Positions 39,825 through 52,563 are shown, numbered from the stretch's first letter. The stretch is DNA of 64,000 nucleotides from Microbotryum violaceum (GCA_001244265.2 CDLV01000015.1:248001-312000); one strand, 5' to 3'. The notes: generated by a model from the letters alone, not told the origin. Numbers and translations are program-made.

Positions 39825-42185
39825 ATGGCGTCGTCGTACCTCTCGACCAGAAATTACCGCGAGCAAGGCAAGCTCGTATCCCTCGCCGATCGGTTCGTCA
39901 ACGGCGGCAAGGACATGTTGCTCAGCAAGAGTTGGACCCCGCTCGTCGTCATCGCTAGGACCACGATCATCAGCATGATGGAACGTATTGAGAGAGGTTA
40001 GTTGGTTCGATTTTGAAGAGCTGGGATCGAGTCGTTGGGAGGCTAGCTCGTTATAGCACCCGCACCCGCCCGCGCTTGCCCCACTTCGGGTTCGTTGCCG
40101 ATCGCAATCGACCGAGAAGGCTCAGGGGCGCGAAAATCGACCTCCTATACGTCGGCCCGGCATCCAGTCGGGTACTTTGGACCAACGTGGAAGACGGAAC
40201 CGGATCTTTCTGACCTCTCGCATCCGTTACCTACCCCTACCAGGTCAATTGCGAGTCATCACCAAGGAAGACGGCATCTTCACCTTCGGCACGCCCGCGA
40301 TCTTCAACGACGAGCACCCGAACCCGAACAAGCAGCAGGAACCCAACCCAGCAAGGGACGAGATTCGGGCTGAGATCACGGTGCTCAACGATGCGTTCTG
40401 GGTCAGGATGTTGCTCTTGGCCGATTTGGGCTTCTCCGAGGCTTACATGAACGGCGATATCGAGGTTGATGATTTGGACGCTCTGTTCAAGGTTGGTAGT
40501 AACCCACACCTCAGTCACTTTTGCTTCTCAATCGCTAACTGTAACTTGATTGAAAACCCACAGCTCTTCATCATCAACCGATCGAGCTTGAATGAACTCT
40601 CGACTGGCTTTGCGGGCAAGATCTTCTCAACCTTCAACGCGATCGTCAATTCTCGTTTCGCCAACTCTCTTAGCAATGCCATTTCCAACATCTCTGCTCA
40701 CTACGATGTCAGTATTGCATTCAGAGTGCCTCCCAGTTTGGACCTAGCTGCTAACATCGGCCCTCGTTTCGGCAGATCTCGAACCGGATGTTTGAATCCT
40801 TCTTGTCCGCCGACATGACCTATTCCTGCGCCATTTGGGGTCCCAAGGAAGGCGGTGTCGAAGGTGATCTGATTCACGTCGGTGACCGCGAGTTCCCACC
40901 AAGGGAAGACGTCGACGAGCTCGAGGTGGCCCAGATGCGCAAGCTGCGAACCGTCATCGCACGTGCGAGGATCAGCAAGGGTGATCGAGTCTTGGAGATT
41001 GGAAGTGGATGGGGAAGCTTTGCTATCGAGGTAAGCACGAGAGCGTTCATTTCATCGAGGAGTCTGCGCTGAACCAATTTGCACCTTCTTCACAGGCCGT
41101 CAGGACGACCGGATGCACCGTTGACACGTTGACGTTGTCAATCGAGCAAAAGCAACTCGCAGAAGCCAGGATTGCTCGAGCAGGCCTCTCCGAGATGATT
41201 ACCGTTCATTTGCTCGACTACCGTGCCCTCCCGGAATCATTCGAGTGAGTTAAGCAAGATCTTGCTGGTCGGCAGCGATCGCTGATGTGGCCCACTACCC
41301 TGACTTCCAGCAACGCTTTCGACCGAGTCGTCTCTATCGAGATGATCGAAGCCGTGGGCCGCGAGTTCCTGCCGGCCTACTTTGAAGTCGTCAACCGAGT
41401 ACTGAGGGAAGATCGAGGATTGGCCGTCGTGCAAGTTATCACGATGCCCGAGGCCCGCTTCGAGGACTACGGAAAGTGAGTGAAGGACTCGGACTCGGTG
41501 GACTCTTCACCTGCATTATGTTGATTAACTCCTTCGGTTCAACCGTTCTTGAACAGGTCTGTTGATTTCATCCAGAAGCACATCTTCCCCGGTGGCTTCT
41601 TGCCGTCCGTGACTTGTCTCGTCGACTCGTTGCTACAAGGCACAAAGGGCAAGCTCGTCGTCGAGCAGATCGAGAACATTGGACCTCGTAAGTCATTCGT
41701 GGGCCGGCCCCCTCCTACTAGTCGTGTTTGACTAGATCTGACGCAAGAATCCTTCCGATGACTAGACTACGCACGTACCCTTCGCGAATGGCGAAGACGA
41801 TTCGAGGCGACCTTCGAGGACGAGATCGTGCCCGCCTTACACGAGGCCTACCCCGAGCTCAAGAGTCGCAAGGGCATCGACACGTTCAAGCGAAAATGGA
41901 TCTGTGAGTCATGGTCGTTGCTGCATCGCCTCCTAGCGGTTGAGAGAAACCGGTGACATGAGATGCTGACCGGTGAGATGTTCCGCTGCGTATTGCGTCA
42001 GACTACTTTGTGTACTGCGAGACCGGCTTCTCTATGCGCGCTCTTGGCGATCACATCCTCACCTTCACTCGCGAGGTCAGTTTGTTCGCCCGTTCAGCTA
42101 CGAGGTTCTCGCCACCTACCTGAGCGGCCCGGGCACTAACAGCAACCCTTACAACGACGTGCAGGGCAATCTTTCTATTCCATAA
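39825..42185 (+). CDS. Cyclopropane-fatty-acyl-phospholipid synthase family SAM methyltransferase
   Basis: DLGFSEAYM, NISAHYD, FLSADMTYSCA, VLEIGSGWG, FDRVVSIEMIEAVG, DFIQKHIFPGG, YARTLREW. Confidence 0.93.
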
Positions 42186-44107
42186 ATATGATATCGTGCT
42201 GCGTAGGGTATCTATACCATATAGACATATACGGAGGGCTCTGTTCTTGTTGACCGTCCTCTCGAAGTAGAATGCTTCTCATACCTATCCGAGGGTTCTA
42301 GAAAGGGGATCCTTTGCTAGCTGCGTATAAAATGCTCTTGCCCTTGGGATTGTTCCACATCACCACTAGGAACTCTCGCAGCAGTCCCTGCACGCTACGG
42401 AACTGTGCTGATGGGGCGTTCGGCTGGACACGCTTTTTGGCGACGTCACTCGTCCCAAGCCCGAAGCGCTTTTGAAAGGCTTTCTGCAGCGCCGACCGTG
42501 CGGCGGTCCTGGAGTCCGCAGGCGGATGCTGCAGCAATGGTTGTTTGAGCTAGGGGAGTCGGCAGCAGCGGTGTGAAAGGCAAAAGAGTTCCGTCAATAA
42601 TTCCTTTGACAAAAGAGACAACTGCCAAGTTCTTTTTCGCTTGTTGCTAGCAGATTCTTGAAAGCGCACGACCTTCCGATTGGTCAGCCCGGCTCACGCG
42701 CTCACGGGCCACAGCCAGCGGGAGAAGAGATCCAACTTTTGCAGCGCAGCCAGGAGAGCGCAACGGCTCATCGACCTTGCTCCAATCCTCGAGGGTGTAT
42801 CAAACCTTGTGATTTGTCAGACTAAAGCTACGATCACAAAGTGCTGTGTGCGCGTTTGCGCAGTCGGGGTGGAAATTGGCGAAGCGCGATTGTCGGACGA
42901 CGTAGAGGGAGCCAGAGGGTTGAAAATGCTTGGCGTTTTCGGCCGCGCGGCTTGCTGACGAGGTTCTTGTGCTCGCAAGGCTTCAGGGCCTGATCGGCTG
43001 AGTTGGGCCCCAGCCGATCGTCCGGCCGCAGGATCTGCCCTACATATGCAGCATACCAGCGTTTTAGCACAGGTTATGGGAGTTAAACAACATAAGAAAT
43101 CCATGGAAATGGGGTGTGCCCATAACAGGAAGGCCGCACGGTGTCCGAAGACCCCTCAGGCACTCATGAGAGCAACTCACAGTTCTATGAGTTCTTACCC
43201 AGGTAGATAGTTAGCAAGGTACGTATGCCTAGTGGTACTTAGCAGCAGCGTCACTTCTTCTTTGCCTGTTGAATACTGCAGATATAAGACGGATCTCGAG
43301 TCAACCACCTCAATACGATCTTCGAGAAAGCCAAAAACTTTCATGCACGCGTCAAACTTTGATAGTCTGTTCGGGGTGGTTCTGGCAGCGTCTGTTGTAC
43401 GACGAGTGTAGTAGGTACTTCCGTAGGCTAACATAAGGTCGATTAGACTTGAATACTGCCAATAATAAAGCAGGTCGGTCACTATCACTGGAGATTTGCC
43501 ATGTGGAGTAGAAAGCTCCCGTGCCAAAGAAGGCTTCCTATTAAGGATTGAACATTCTGCATCGCGAGCCGCCGCCGACATCCTTGCTTTCCTTGATCTA
43601 GGAGTAGGTTGCATAGCCGGATTGGAAGTAAATCTCTTTCAATGTCATCAGAGCAGAACTGGGAGAAGAAACCCAGACAAAAGAGAAAGACAAGTCCCTA
43701 ATTATATAAGACGAAAGACGACTACGCAAGCTCAAGGCCCTGTCCGGCATCGGCCCAAGAATGCGACACTCGGCGATATTGGCGGCGAGCCCGCGCGCGT
43801 TGACGAGAGGTCGTTGGGTTTGCCCAGAGCGCGCGCTGCGCAGTAATTCGGGGTTGGGCTACGGACGTCACGTCAACGCGTCGTCGACAGAACGCTCGGC
43901 TGATTTAGGCCTTGCCCTGCCTGTAACGAAGTCCTCTGCTTTTGAACACTTGCCATCGTCGTCAACACAACTCAAATATCGCTCCGTCTGTACCTGGCCT
44001 GATTTGATTCCTACATTGGTCTCAACCACACTCCCACAACTTCGACGACTTTGTTTGGAGCCCCTCAGCCAAGGCGACCTCCAGGCTCCACCTCCACCTG
44101 TGCCCAC

Positions 44108-47100
44108 ATGGCTATCTCAGCAGGGCGCGTGTCTTTGCTCTTGCATGGAGCAGGGCTGATCTTTGTCTACTCTTTGTATGGGGTACTCCAGGTAGGTGTT
44201 GTTTTCGAGATGTATCTGGCTCGTTCTAATCCGAAGCGCCCGGTCGCCGCGGCAGTCACGCGTCGGCACTCGCGTCAGGAGCTTCGCTTGAGCATGGGTC
44301 TCTCAGGCTAGAAGGGCTTGGATTTGGACTCAATACCGGAGTACTTGGGCTGACACTCTCCTCCAATCTTGTATGTTTTCTCCCAACAGGAAAAGATCAT
44401 GAAGTCGACTTACGGTGAGCCCATTTCTGGCTACTGCGCGGTCGCTCTGCCTACTATATTTCCTGTTCTGACAATCATCACACCATGCCTCCCGGTCTCT
44501 CAAACGATGGGCAGGCCCGAACGGAGAACGCTTCACTTCACCCTCACTGCTCATTGTCGCCAACCGTGTCATCAGTGTTTCGGTCGGTCTGGGTATCCTC
44601 TTCTTCAAATCTCGCCAAACGCCCGAGGCCAGCAGCTTTTCCGCTCGACTGCGGCCAGCTTCATCGATGGTCGCCTACGCGAGTGTCGCCGTATTTAACT
44701 TCCTTAGTACAACCTCCCAGTACGAGGCGTTGAAGTATGTCTCGTACACGACCCAGTCGCTTGCCAAGACGAGCAAGATGATCCCTGTTCTCGTCGTCGG
44801 TGCCGTCGTCTGGAAGAAGCAACACAAACACAGGGAGTGGGTCGCCGGCGCTGTCATCTTGATGGGGTACGTACACCTTTTTTTTGGCTTCAGGTTTTTG
44901 CATTCCGCATTCGGTCGCACTGACCTTGCGCCTTGCCCAACCTTACTGCGTGCGCAGCTGCGCGACGTACCTTTTCTCGCAGCCGCCCAACCCCAAGCAC
45001 CTCTCGACCTCGACTGACCAGCCTTCGGCGTGGAACGGCTTGATTGGGGCACTCTTCTTGATTGCGTACCTCTGCTTCGACGGAATGGTCTCTACGACGC
45101 AAGATAAAGTGTTCGGGCGCAACCCATCCTCGTCTGATCCTTTCGGGCCCGAGTCCCCCGTGCTCGACCAGATGGTGAGCTCGGACCCCTCCGCGCGGAA
45201 GAGAAGTTAGACCGTCGTCGCTAATTGTGCTTTCACTTGCTCCAAGATCTGGACCAACGTTTTTGCTGGCGGCATTGCCCTTTTTGTGGCTCTCTTGTCG
45301 AGCACCACCGGCTCCCTACTGCCCAACTTGGTTTTGCTCATGACGAGCCCTGCGCTCGTTCGGGACATCCTCACCTTTTCCGCCGCGAGTGCGTTCGGAT
45401 TGATCATTCTTCTCAACACTATCGCTTCCTTCGTAAGTCCACCGCAGCACACGACACTAGTCCCTTGAAATGACTGTACCATAGTTGTGTTCGACTGTGC
45501 TGATGCGACTGAATTGTACTTGTAGGGCGCTTTGACAAGCTCATTGATCATGACGATCCGCCAATTTTTGTCAATCCTCATCAACGCCGGCTTGTTCGGC
45601 AACTTTGGCGCCGTCAGCATCGAGGGATGGTGCGGTGTCGGCTGGGTCGCGAGCGGTATCTGGATCAAAATCAACAAGTCTTTCGACCCGCCCAAGCAAG
45701 AAAAGGCTCTGCCCAGAGTTATCGTCTTCTCCGAAGACTCTGACGAAGACGAAGAATCGGATAACCTTATCCACGAGAAGGAGGCCCTCAAGGACGATGC
45801 TGAGGAACCTCTTCACGACTTTCAGAAGAAGTCGCCGTCACACATCAAGACCTGTGAGTTGCACTCGACGTTTTTAGCCTAAAGCAATTCCAACTGGGAC
45901 TGACGCACCGACTGGGGACTGGATCATCCCCAAAGTCACTTTGCAATATCTTATTCCCGTACTCGTCCCTCTCGCCCTTGCCATCGTCATCGCTCCCTTT
46001 GCCCTTTCGAGCGGAAGCTTGCAATCGAGTGGTGCGCTTTCAAAGGCGCAGGAATGGCCGACGAAATGGGTTGAGCATGCGCCTACGTGGCTCATGGGCT
46101 CCACGGCCCAAGACAGCACCGCCAGCTCGGCCACGGATAAGTATGATGCCAGCGCCGCCGAGTCCTTTGCCGAAGCCGAGGCCGAGGCTCAGATCGAGCA
46201 GCAGGAAGCCCAGTCGACCGATTCCGAAGCCGACAGAGCTTACCTTCCCAACCAAGAGACCACTGATTTGTTCGACGGCACCGCGGCTGACGACTCGCCG
46301 GACGCTTCGGCCCCCGCGGAGGAAGTAGCGGACAACACTGAAAACGCGCACGAGGAAGAGATGCTCGCCAAGGTGAATGCAGCCGAGTCGGCCGAAATGG
46401 TCGAGCTGCAAGGGGGTCGATGGGCGCAGCAGCTCCACGACGCTGTCAAGCCCAAGTGCGGGCACATCGACACGGTCCCGTACTCGACGGACACGCGCAC
46501 AGGCTTCGTCTCGTTCCCTCGCTCGGGTAACTCGTTCATGAGGTCGCTAGTGGAGAGGGCCACGGGCTACCAGACGTCGTCGGTGTGTAAGTCGCGACTG
46601 TTGGGGCCGTCGGCCGGTATCCTTTGCTACGGAATGCTGATTTCTACGTGAACGTCTTTTACACTTTCTCCATCGACAGACTGCGATGAAAAGCTCAGTC
46701 AAACGTTCACGGGCGAATGCGACCACCAGACCAACTTCTTTGTCAAAGTGAGGCTGGCGGAAGACCACCTTGTATGCGGATTTCTGTGCTTGTCGCTGAA
46801 CACTTTTCTCCTCCCTCTCGTTGCGACACACAGACTCATTTCCCTGCTCTTCCCAAGGGGGCCATCCAAAACAATCTGGACTATTTCGAGACCTTCGATC
46901 AGACGTTCTTGCTCGGTAAGTCGCTTTATTCCAATGCCCGATCGTTTCGGAACTCAACAACTGATGAATATATCTGTTTGTGGTGCTATCTCAGTTCGCA
47001 ATCCCATCGACGCCATGGCATCGTGGTGGCAGCTCCAGCACAGTGGGCGCACCCCGAAGGCTACCTGCAACACAACGCAAAGACCGCGATCGAAGGTGGC

Positions 47101-47654
47101 AAGTTCGGGGAGGTACATGGCAAACGTATGCTCGACATGGCACAGCGATGGGCCGAACACTCCATGTACTGGCTCGATGTGCCCATCTTGACGCACACCA
47201 TGCGTTACGAGGACCTCAAGGCCTCGCCGATCCCCCACATGATGGGCTTGCTCGCGTTCCTGCTGCCGGAAGAAGACCTTCCCTCACTCGAGAGTTTGGC
47301 GTGCATGGTCGAGCACGACGAATCCCACGAAGCGTAATTCCTTTGCCGTTCTTGGATTCCTCACCTGACCGCCACACCTGTACTGAGCCGTAGCCGTCTT
47401 GCCCTATGTGTTCCAGGTACCACTCTCGACGTGTGAGCGAATTCGCTGCGTGGGATATGTTCGAGCCTGATCTCCGAATGGAGATCCTCCTCACGGTCAA
47501 GAGGCCCTTTTGCATGTTTGGCTACGAAAAGGTTTTGGAGCGAGCCAAAGGGACTCTCCCGGAGATGGAGGGCTTCTGTGCGGACATTGTGGTTGACCGC
47601 GCCGCCCAGCAGGGCAAGCGAGCCTCGCTGCGGAGCCGACGGGCGAGGAGTTGA
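44108..47654 (+). CDS. Fusion of an SLC35B2/PAPST1-like PAPS transporter with a WSCD-like sulfotransferase domain (one apparent 1-nt frameshift at about 47052)
   Basis: Transporter motifs: YGVLQEKIM, GERFT..NR, QYEALKYVS..LAKTSKMIPV, IMTIRQ. Intron 45854-45935 joins KT-F-TLQYL in frame. Sulfotransferase motifs: SFPRSGNSFMRSLVERATG, FVKTHFP, VRNPIDAMASW, RYEDL. Confidence 0.82.
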
Positions 47655-48265
47655 AAGAACATATTGAGAGGATGGTTTTCTCGCGGAGTGGACGTGGAGA
47701 GAGTGGAACTCATTCTGGACCAAGTCGTTGGTCGACTTTATGTATCTACAGCCACATCTCCCTCAATTGTTATACTATGTTACATCACTCGCTTCTGCAA
47801 CCCCAGCCTCTTTCCCGGATTTGATTTCTACTCAGCCCCGGGCGTCCATCGCCGGCAAGACGGAACTGTACATTTCTTGTGATTGCTGTTCGGAAGCAAA
47901 CAACACAAATCATAGGCAGTAACAGTACTGTGTGAACTTCGTGCTCGAGCCTGGTCGCATGTATTCTGCGATACCTCGCTGCGTACTTGTCCGCAATCCT
48001 AGTTCCTTACGCTCGTCGCGACAGGGACAGGAGGCAATCTCATAACCTCTTAAAACACGATTGGACGCAACGCAGCAGAAGATTCTATGCATCCATTCCA
48101 CCTATCAAGAAGAGACTTCAGAGACTTCATTCTCACCAATCCGGACGTTGAACGATTCAATTATCAAATTCGATTGCAGCTTGGTTCAGTTCGTCAAACA
48201 AAGTACTCGGGCCTCGGCACAGGAAGCACGAGGATGGTAGAATCGGACAATACAATGCGAATTGC

Positions 48266-49167
48266 TTAGTGCTTGGCAGTCTCCTTGTGAGCGTCAGCCT
48301 GTGTAAGATGTAATGACATAACAGTAAGCCATCAAGAACTGTCATCGAACTGCTCAGTACCCGAGCTCACCTTGGCGGAGTGGCCGGACTCCTCAATCTT
48401 GTCCGAAGCGGCCGACAAACCGCTATGGGTGGCGGGATAAGGGATCTGCATTAATACCCGGAATGTATATCGCGCGTCATGAGGTGTTTATACTGCTCAC
48501 GCCGAGGCACGATCACCGAGGGACTCGTTGGAGTTCTTCCTGCGGTCGACAAGATAGGGGCCGTTTGTTAGCGGCTGGAGTATGCGCTCTATCGCCAAGA
48601 CTAAGAAAGAAACACGCACATCTGCTGCTTGTTGGCCTCCTTGGAGGATGCACTGTAGAGGTAGAAATAATGTCAGTTCCACGCGATGTTGTGATGGGGT
48701 GATGTCCCCACGAAAGAAGACCGGGACGGGGAACGCACGAGGTGTACTCTGTGGGTAGGTGCAATGCGTTAGCATTTGCTTCGAAGTTCAAACAAATGAA
48801 TATGATTTTGAACTGACCTTGGACGGTCTCCTTGACGTAGTTGGCGGCGTTGGAGACGGTGTCTGTGCACGGAAGCGCAAGGAAGGCATCGAGCAAGAGG
48901 AGCAGGCGGCGATGAGTGACGAGGAATGGTTTGCACCCAACGCAACGGGAAGACACTGACCAGCGATGCTGCCGGAGGTGGTGTTGTTGGTGGCGGAAGA
49001 CCTGAATAAAGAGTCGGGGTAGGATGCCCAGGTACAGCAAAAAAAGCCGTAGACGACGTGGAGCCCGCCCGAGTCAGCAAAGCACATGGTGGGCAAGAGA
49101 CGGGGGGGGGGGGGGGACTTCGTCGGCACGACGTTGTCGTCAAAGGCGTAGCACAGTGTACTCACAT
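48266..49167 (-). CDS. Grg1/Ccg-1 family glucose-repressible small protein (84 aa, 8 coding exons)
   Basis: Spliced product MSSATNNTTSGSIADTVSNAANYVKETVQEYTSASSKEANKQQMKNSNESLGDRASAGLSAASDKIEESGHSAKADAHKETAKH*. Exon lengths 2+41+45+10+33+39+52+33 sum to 255 nt, and all introns are GT..AG. Confidence 0.9.
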
Positions 49168-50944
49168 GATAGTAGTGGTTATTTGGTTTGGTTTGGTGTA
49201 CCAACTTGGGCTTCTTAGATGTGGTGGGAAGGAAAGAGAGAGATAAAAGAGAGGGCCGGCGACGGAAACATCTCTTTCGACCCGGATTCGATAGATGAGG
49301 GAAGCGAGCTCACAGCGAGCCCAAGACGGGGGAGCCATAGCTCGGCTACGTCATGCACTGACGATGGGATCGAGACTGAAGACTGATGCGGGCTCCACTT
49401 TCATGAGAAAACGCCGTCCGGCACCAAACCGCCTCGTACGCGGTTTTGGCCGAACATCCAGGACTTCATTTATCTCCTTAGGGTATATAGAGTTTTCTGC
49501 AAGGCGTAGACCGAGAGAATGGTGGAGGAAAATTTCGAACGAGATTCCGAAAGTGAACTTGGCGGGCGCCGGCGCGGCACAGCAGCGCGCCGGCACATGG
49601 CGCTTCGAGGGAGCGCTTCGAGGGAGCGCTTCGATCATAGAGCCTAGCCTTCAACACCGGGGGCCATGACGCACGAGTCTGAGCCAACACCTTCGTGGCT
49701 CTCGTATTTCACGAGCAAGACTCGCAGGGGGTTTTCCAAAAAGTTAGGGCCTATGCAAGCACTGTTCTGCTCGAGTGAATCCGACTCGCCCGATGCCGCT
49801 CGGCGTCCAGTGTCGGCCAAGGTCATAGCACTACGACTTGAATGCGCAGATTGCCTCCCCGACGCCGACTTTTCTGTGGCTTTGCCGTCGATAAACACTG
49901 CTTACAATGTATCTATGTAAACCGATAATTTGCTCGCACCATCTTTGTCGCGTGTGTGCACGCACCTGGTTGTTGTGCACAGGCCCTCCGAGTCGGTGAC
50001 GACGCCCCGGCGAGAACTCGATCTAAGCTGCGTACATGCACGACGCGAAGCAACGCCCAAGTCCCTGATGAGGAATGTCCGTCTTCTAAGTTTACGGTCG
50101 TGACATTCTCAGGTGAAGTATATGTGGATGTAAAAAAGGCATCGCGCTCGGGGGTTTGTTCTCTGAAATGGAAGAGGAAGGCACTGAAGACCTGACTGCT
50201 CCGTCGGGCCTAGTTGGTGATCAAGCAAAGCGGTGGCACGAGAAGCCGTTCGACTACTTTTCCAGCCCACTTTAGTCGTGTATGATTGTTTCGATGGGCC
50301 GCAGCTCACGAGGTGCGCCGACGGAGTCGGGGCTCACAGTTGCACCAGGTTGCACCTACCGAGGGTCCGAGCGTTTCTTCCTGCCTCAAATTGGCCAGCT
50401 CTTCTTCTTTCGCTCTCCTTTCTTAGACGCGTAACCCCCTCGCACAATCTTCGCCGCAATCAAATTCTCGTACAGACAACCTACAGCACTCACACTCACA
50501 CCCGCACACCTTTAATGTCAGTACGCTGGCCGATCGACGTAGGCGGTGTTCCTGTGGTCTAGATGACTGTAAGGGTTTGATCCCTCAAAGGTCGCGAGAA
50601 CTGCTACAATAGACTGTTGACGTAGTCTGGTCGTTTGAGGTTGTTCCAAATCGTCTAAGTCGTCTTCGTCTAAAGGAAAGAGAGACTATCCAAAGGTACT
50701 GTGACAAATCTATTCAAACGAGAGAGCAAGTTGTCTCAGTTGGGGGTAAGGCCCGTGGGAGGGGCGCACCCCTCACAGTGGCAGTCACAAGTGCTTCAGC
50801 AATGCGGACGTCATTGCCGGTACCAATAGGGTCGAAACGAGTGTAGAGGCAGTGAGCACTGCCGTTCGAGCGAAACGAATAATGGTGCAGGAGGGAAATA
50901 GGCATTTCTCTCGCCTACTTCACTCTAAGGGCATGTGCGCCATC

Positions 50945-52170
50945 CCCACGAGGACCCCCGAAAACCCAGCCATAGGCGGCCCTCTAAAAACGGCCTTTTT
51001 CGAGGCAAAATGTCCAACATTTTTCCCGGATTCTGACTGAAAATGTCCAAATATGAGGGCCGCCTAGTGTTGAATCGTTGAATAATTTCTCAAAATTACT
51101 CTACAAGCTGTACAATGCCCAGAGTCTTTCTGCGCTACGCGCAGACTTCATTAGCTTCATTCCCGCCGCGGAAAGGTTGCGCGCCGCACCAAGCACCAAG
51201 AGCGCCGCCAGCGCGACCGCCAACGAGCCTTTTTCCTGATGAAATGGACTCGAATAGGATCTCAGGTTTGTTTATTCATTTGTCATTGGTGGATTTAGAT
51301 GACACTTTCATCTACATCTATCTAAAATAATGCACGACAAAATAAGGTTCACAGCCGCGCGCTATATCCTAATACCTAGAAATCTCTGGAGAAGTCGGAG
51401 GATATGCAGTTGAGCACACTGGCTAGGCCAGTAGTGTGGGACTCATCGAGCCTGAATCAGAAACAATCATACCCACCAAATCCCCTTGGGTGATTTACAA
51501 AAACACAAGGCGGGCCTTGGACTCCTGGATTAACGCCCGAGCCCTTCGAGTGCCATTTCGCGATCGGTGATCGGTTCCAAAGAATCCGACGAGAATCGGC
51601 GCCGGCGAACCCTGTGAATCTATCGACCGACTAGGAAAAGAACGATATTTCTCGGCGAGAGAGCTTCCAGATCGACAGGAAGGAGAGGAGACGTAGCTCG
51701 ACAAGTCGCGTTCCGAGCGAGACTCGGAGACGATCAACAAACGATAAACGTTCGCAATTGTAAGGGGATGCCTTACAGGAACAGCCCCATAAGTAGCATC
51801 TGAGTAGCTAGAACTATCGAGTACTAGTTGCGACTTGCTTTTAGCCTAGCGGTCAAGAACGACAAATTGTATTTTATGCACATCAGAGGCGCATACCGTA
51901 CAGCAAATGCAGACACTAACGCGCTCCAAATGCAAACAGCGCGCCGCTGGGCTGGCTATAAAGCCCTGCGCCTGGGCCAGCCTCCCGCTACCCTTGTCTG
52001 CGCTTCAAAGTTCGACCGGAGGGAAGAAAATGTCCAAAAATGAGGTGAGCCTCGACCCATTTTGAGCCAAAAACGTCCAAATTTGCGGGCTGCCTAGCCG
52101 CTTTTCCGGTCCCCAGAATGTCCAGAATTGCGGGCCGCCTCTGGCTAGGCTTTCGGGGGTCCTCACTGGG
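50945..52170. mobile_element. Non-autonomous TIR DNA transposon (CACTA/CMC-like architecture)
   Basis: ~38-bp imperfect TIRs (CCCACGAGGACCCCCGAAAACCCAGCCATAGGCGGCCC and GGGCCGCCTCTGGCTAGGCTTTCGGGGGTCCTCACTGGG). Subterminal AAATGTCCAA and GGGCCGCCT motifs recur at both ends. No transposase and no clear TSD. Confidence 0.7.
51404..51499. repeat. ~96-bp dispersed repeat, copy B (copy A at 665-761)
   Basis: Collinear match to 665-761, including an identical hairpin core CACACTGGCTAGGCCAGTAGTG. Confidence 0.85.
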
Positions 52171-52496
52171 CTGCTGGAGCGCGGCCGACACGTGACGTGT
52201 GCTTAAGCTAGCCTGGCCAAAAGATTGCGCGGTTGAGATGTCCCGAATCACCATTGTTCCACGTCATTTTAATATTGGGAAACATCAGGCTTTTGAGTAC
52301 TGGAGCTTGATCAACGAAGTGAAGTCATGTCCGTCCGTATTATGCATCTGCCGCTGTTAACCGCCCCGGGATGATAGGGAGTCCTGGCTATCCGGGTATT
52401 GGGCGACCAACCCCAGTGTAAAACCCGCTGAGGATCGAGATTTTTGGCGCGCGCGCGAGCGCGCGGACTAGACTGTAACTTTGAAGGTACGCCTAA

Positions 52497-52563
52497 GGTC
52501 GGCAGGTCATGGCCGCTCACGCGCGTGGGTAGTGAGCGCGTGAGCGGCCATGACCTGCCGACC
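52497..52563. repeat. Perfect 28-bp inverted repeat with an 11-nt loop
   Basis: GGTCGGCAGGTCATGGCCGCTCACGCGC (52497-52524) and its exact reverse complement (52536-52563). Confidence 0.97.

Noticed and set aside
42298-43614. Short minus-strand ORFs between the CFA synthase and the fusion gene
   Set aside because: No recognisable motif and no coherent splice model; possibly a decayed relic.
45941-46651. Stand-alone sulfotransferase gene
   Set aside because: The ORF starts at TTG with no ATG before the TM anchor, there is no room for a promoter, and an in-frame intron links it to the transporter.
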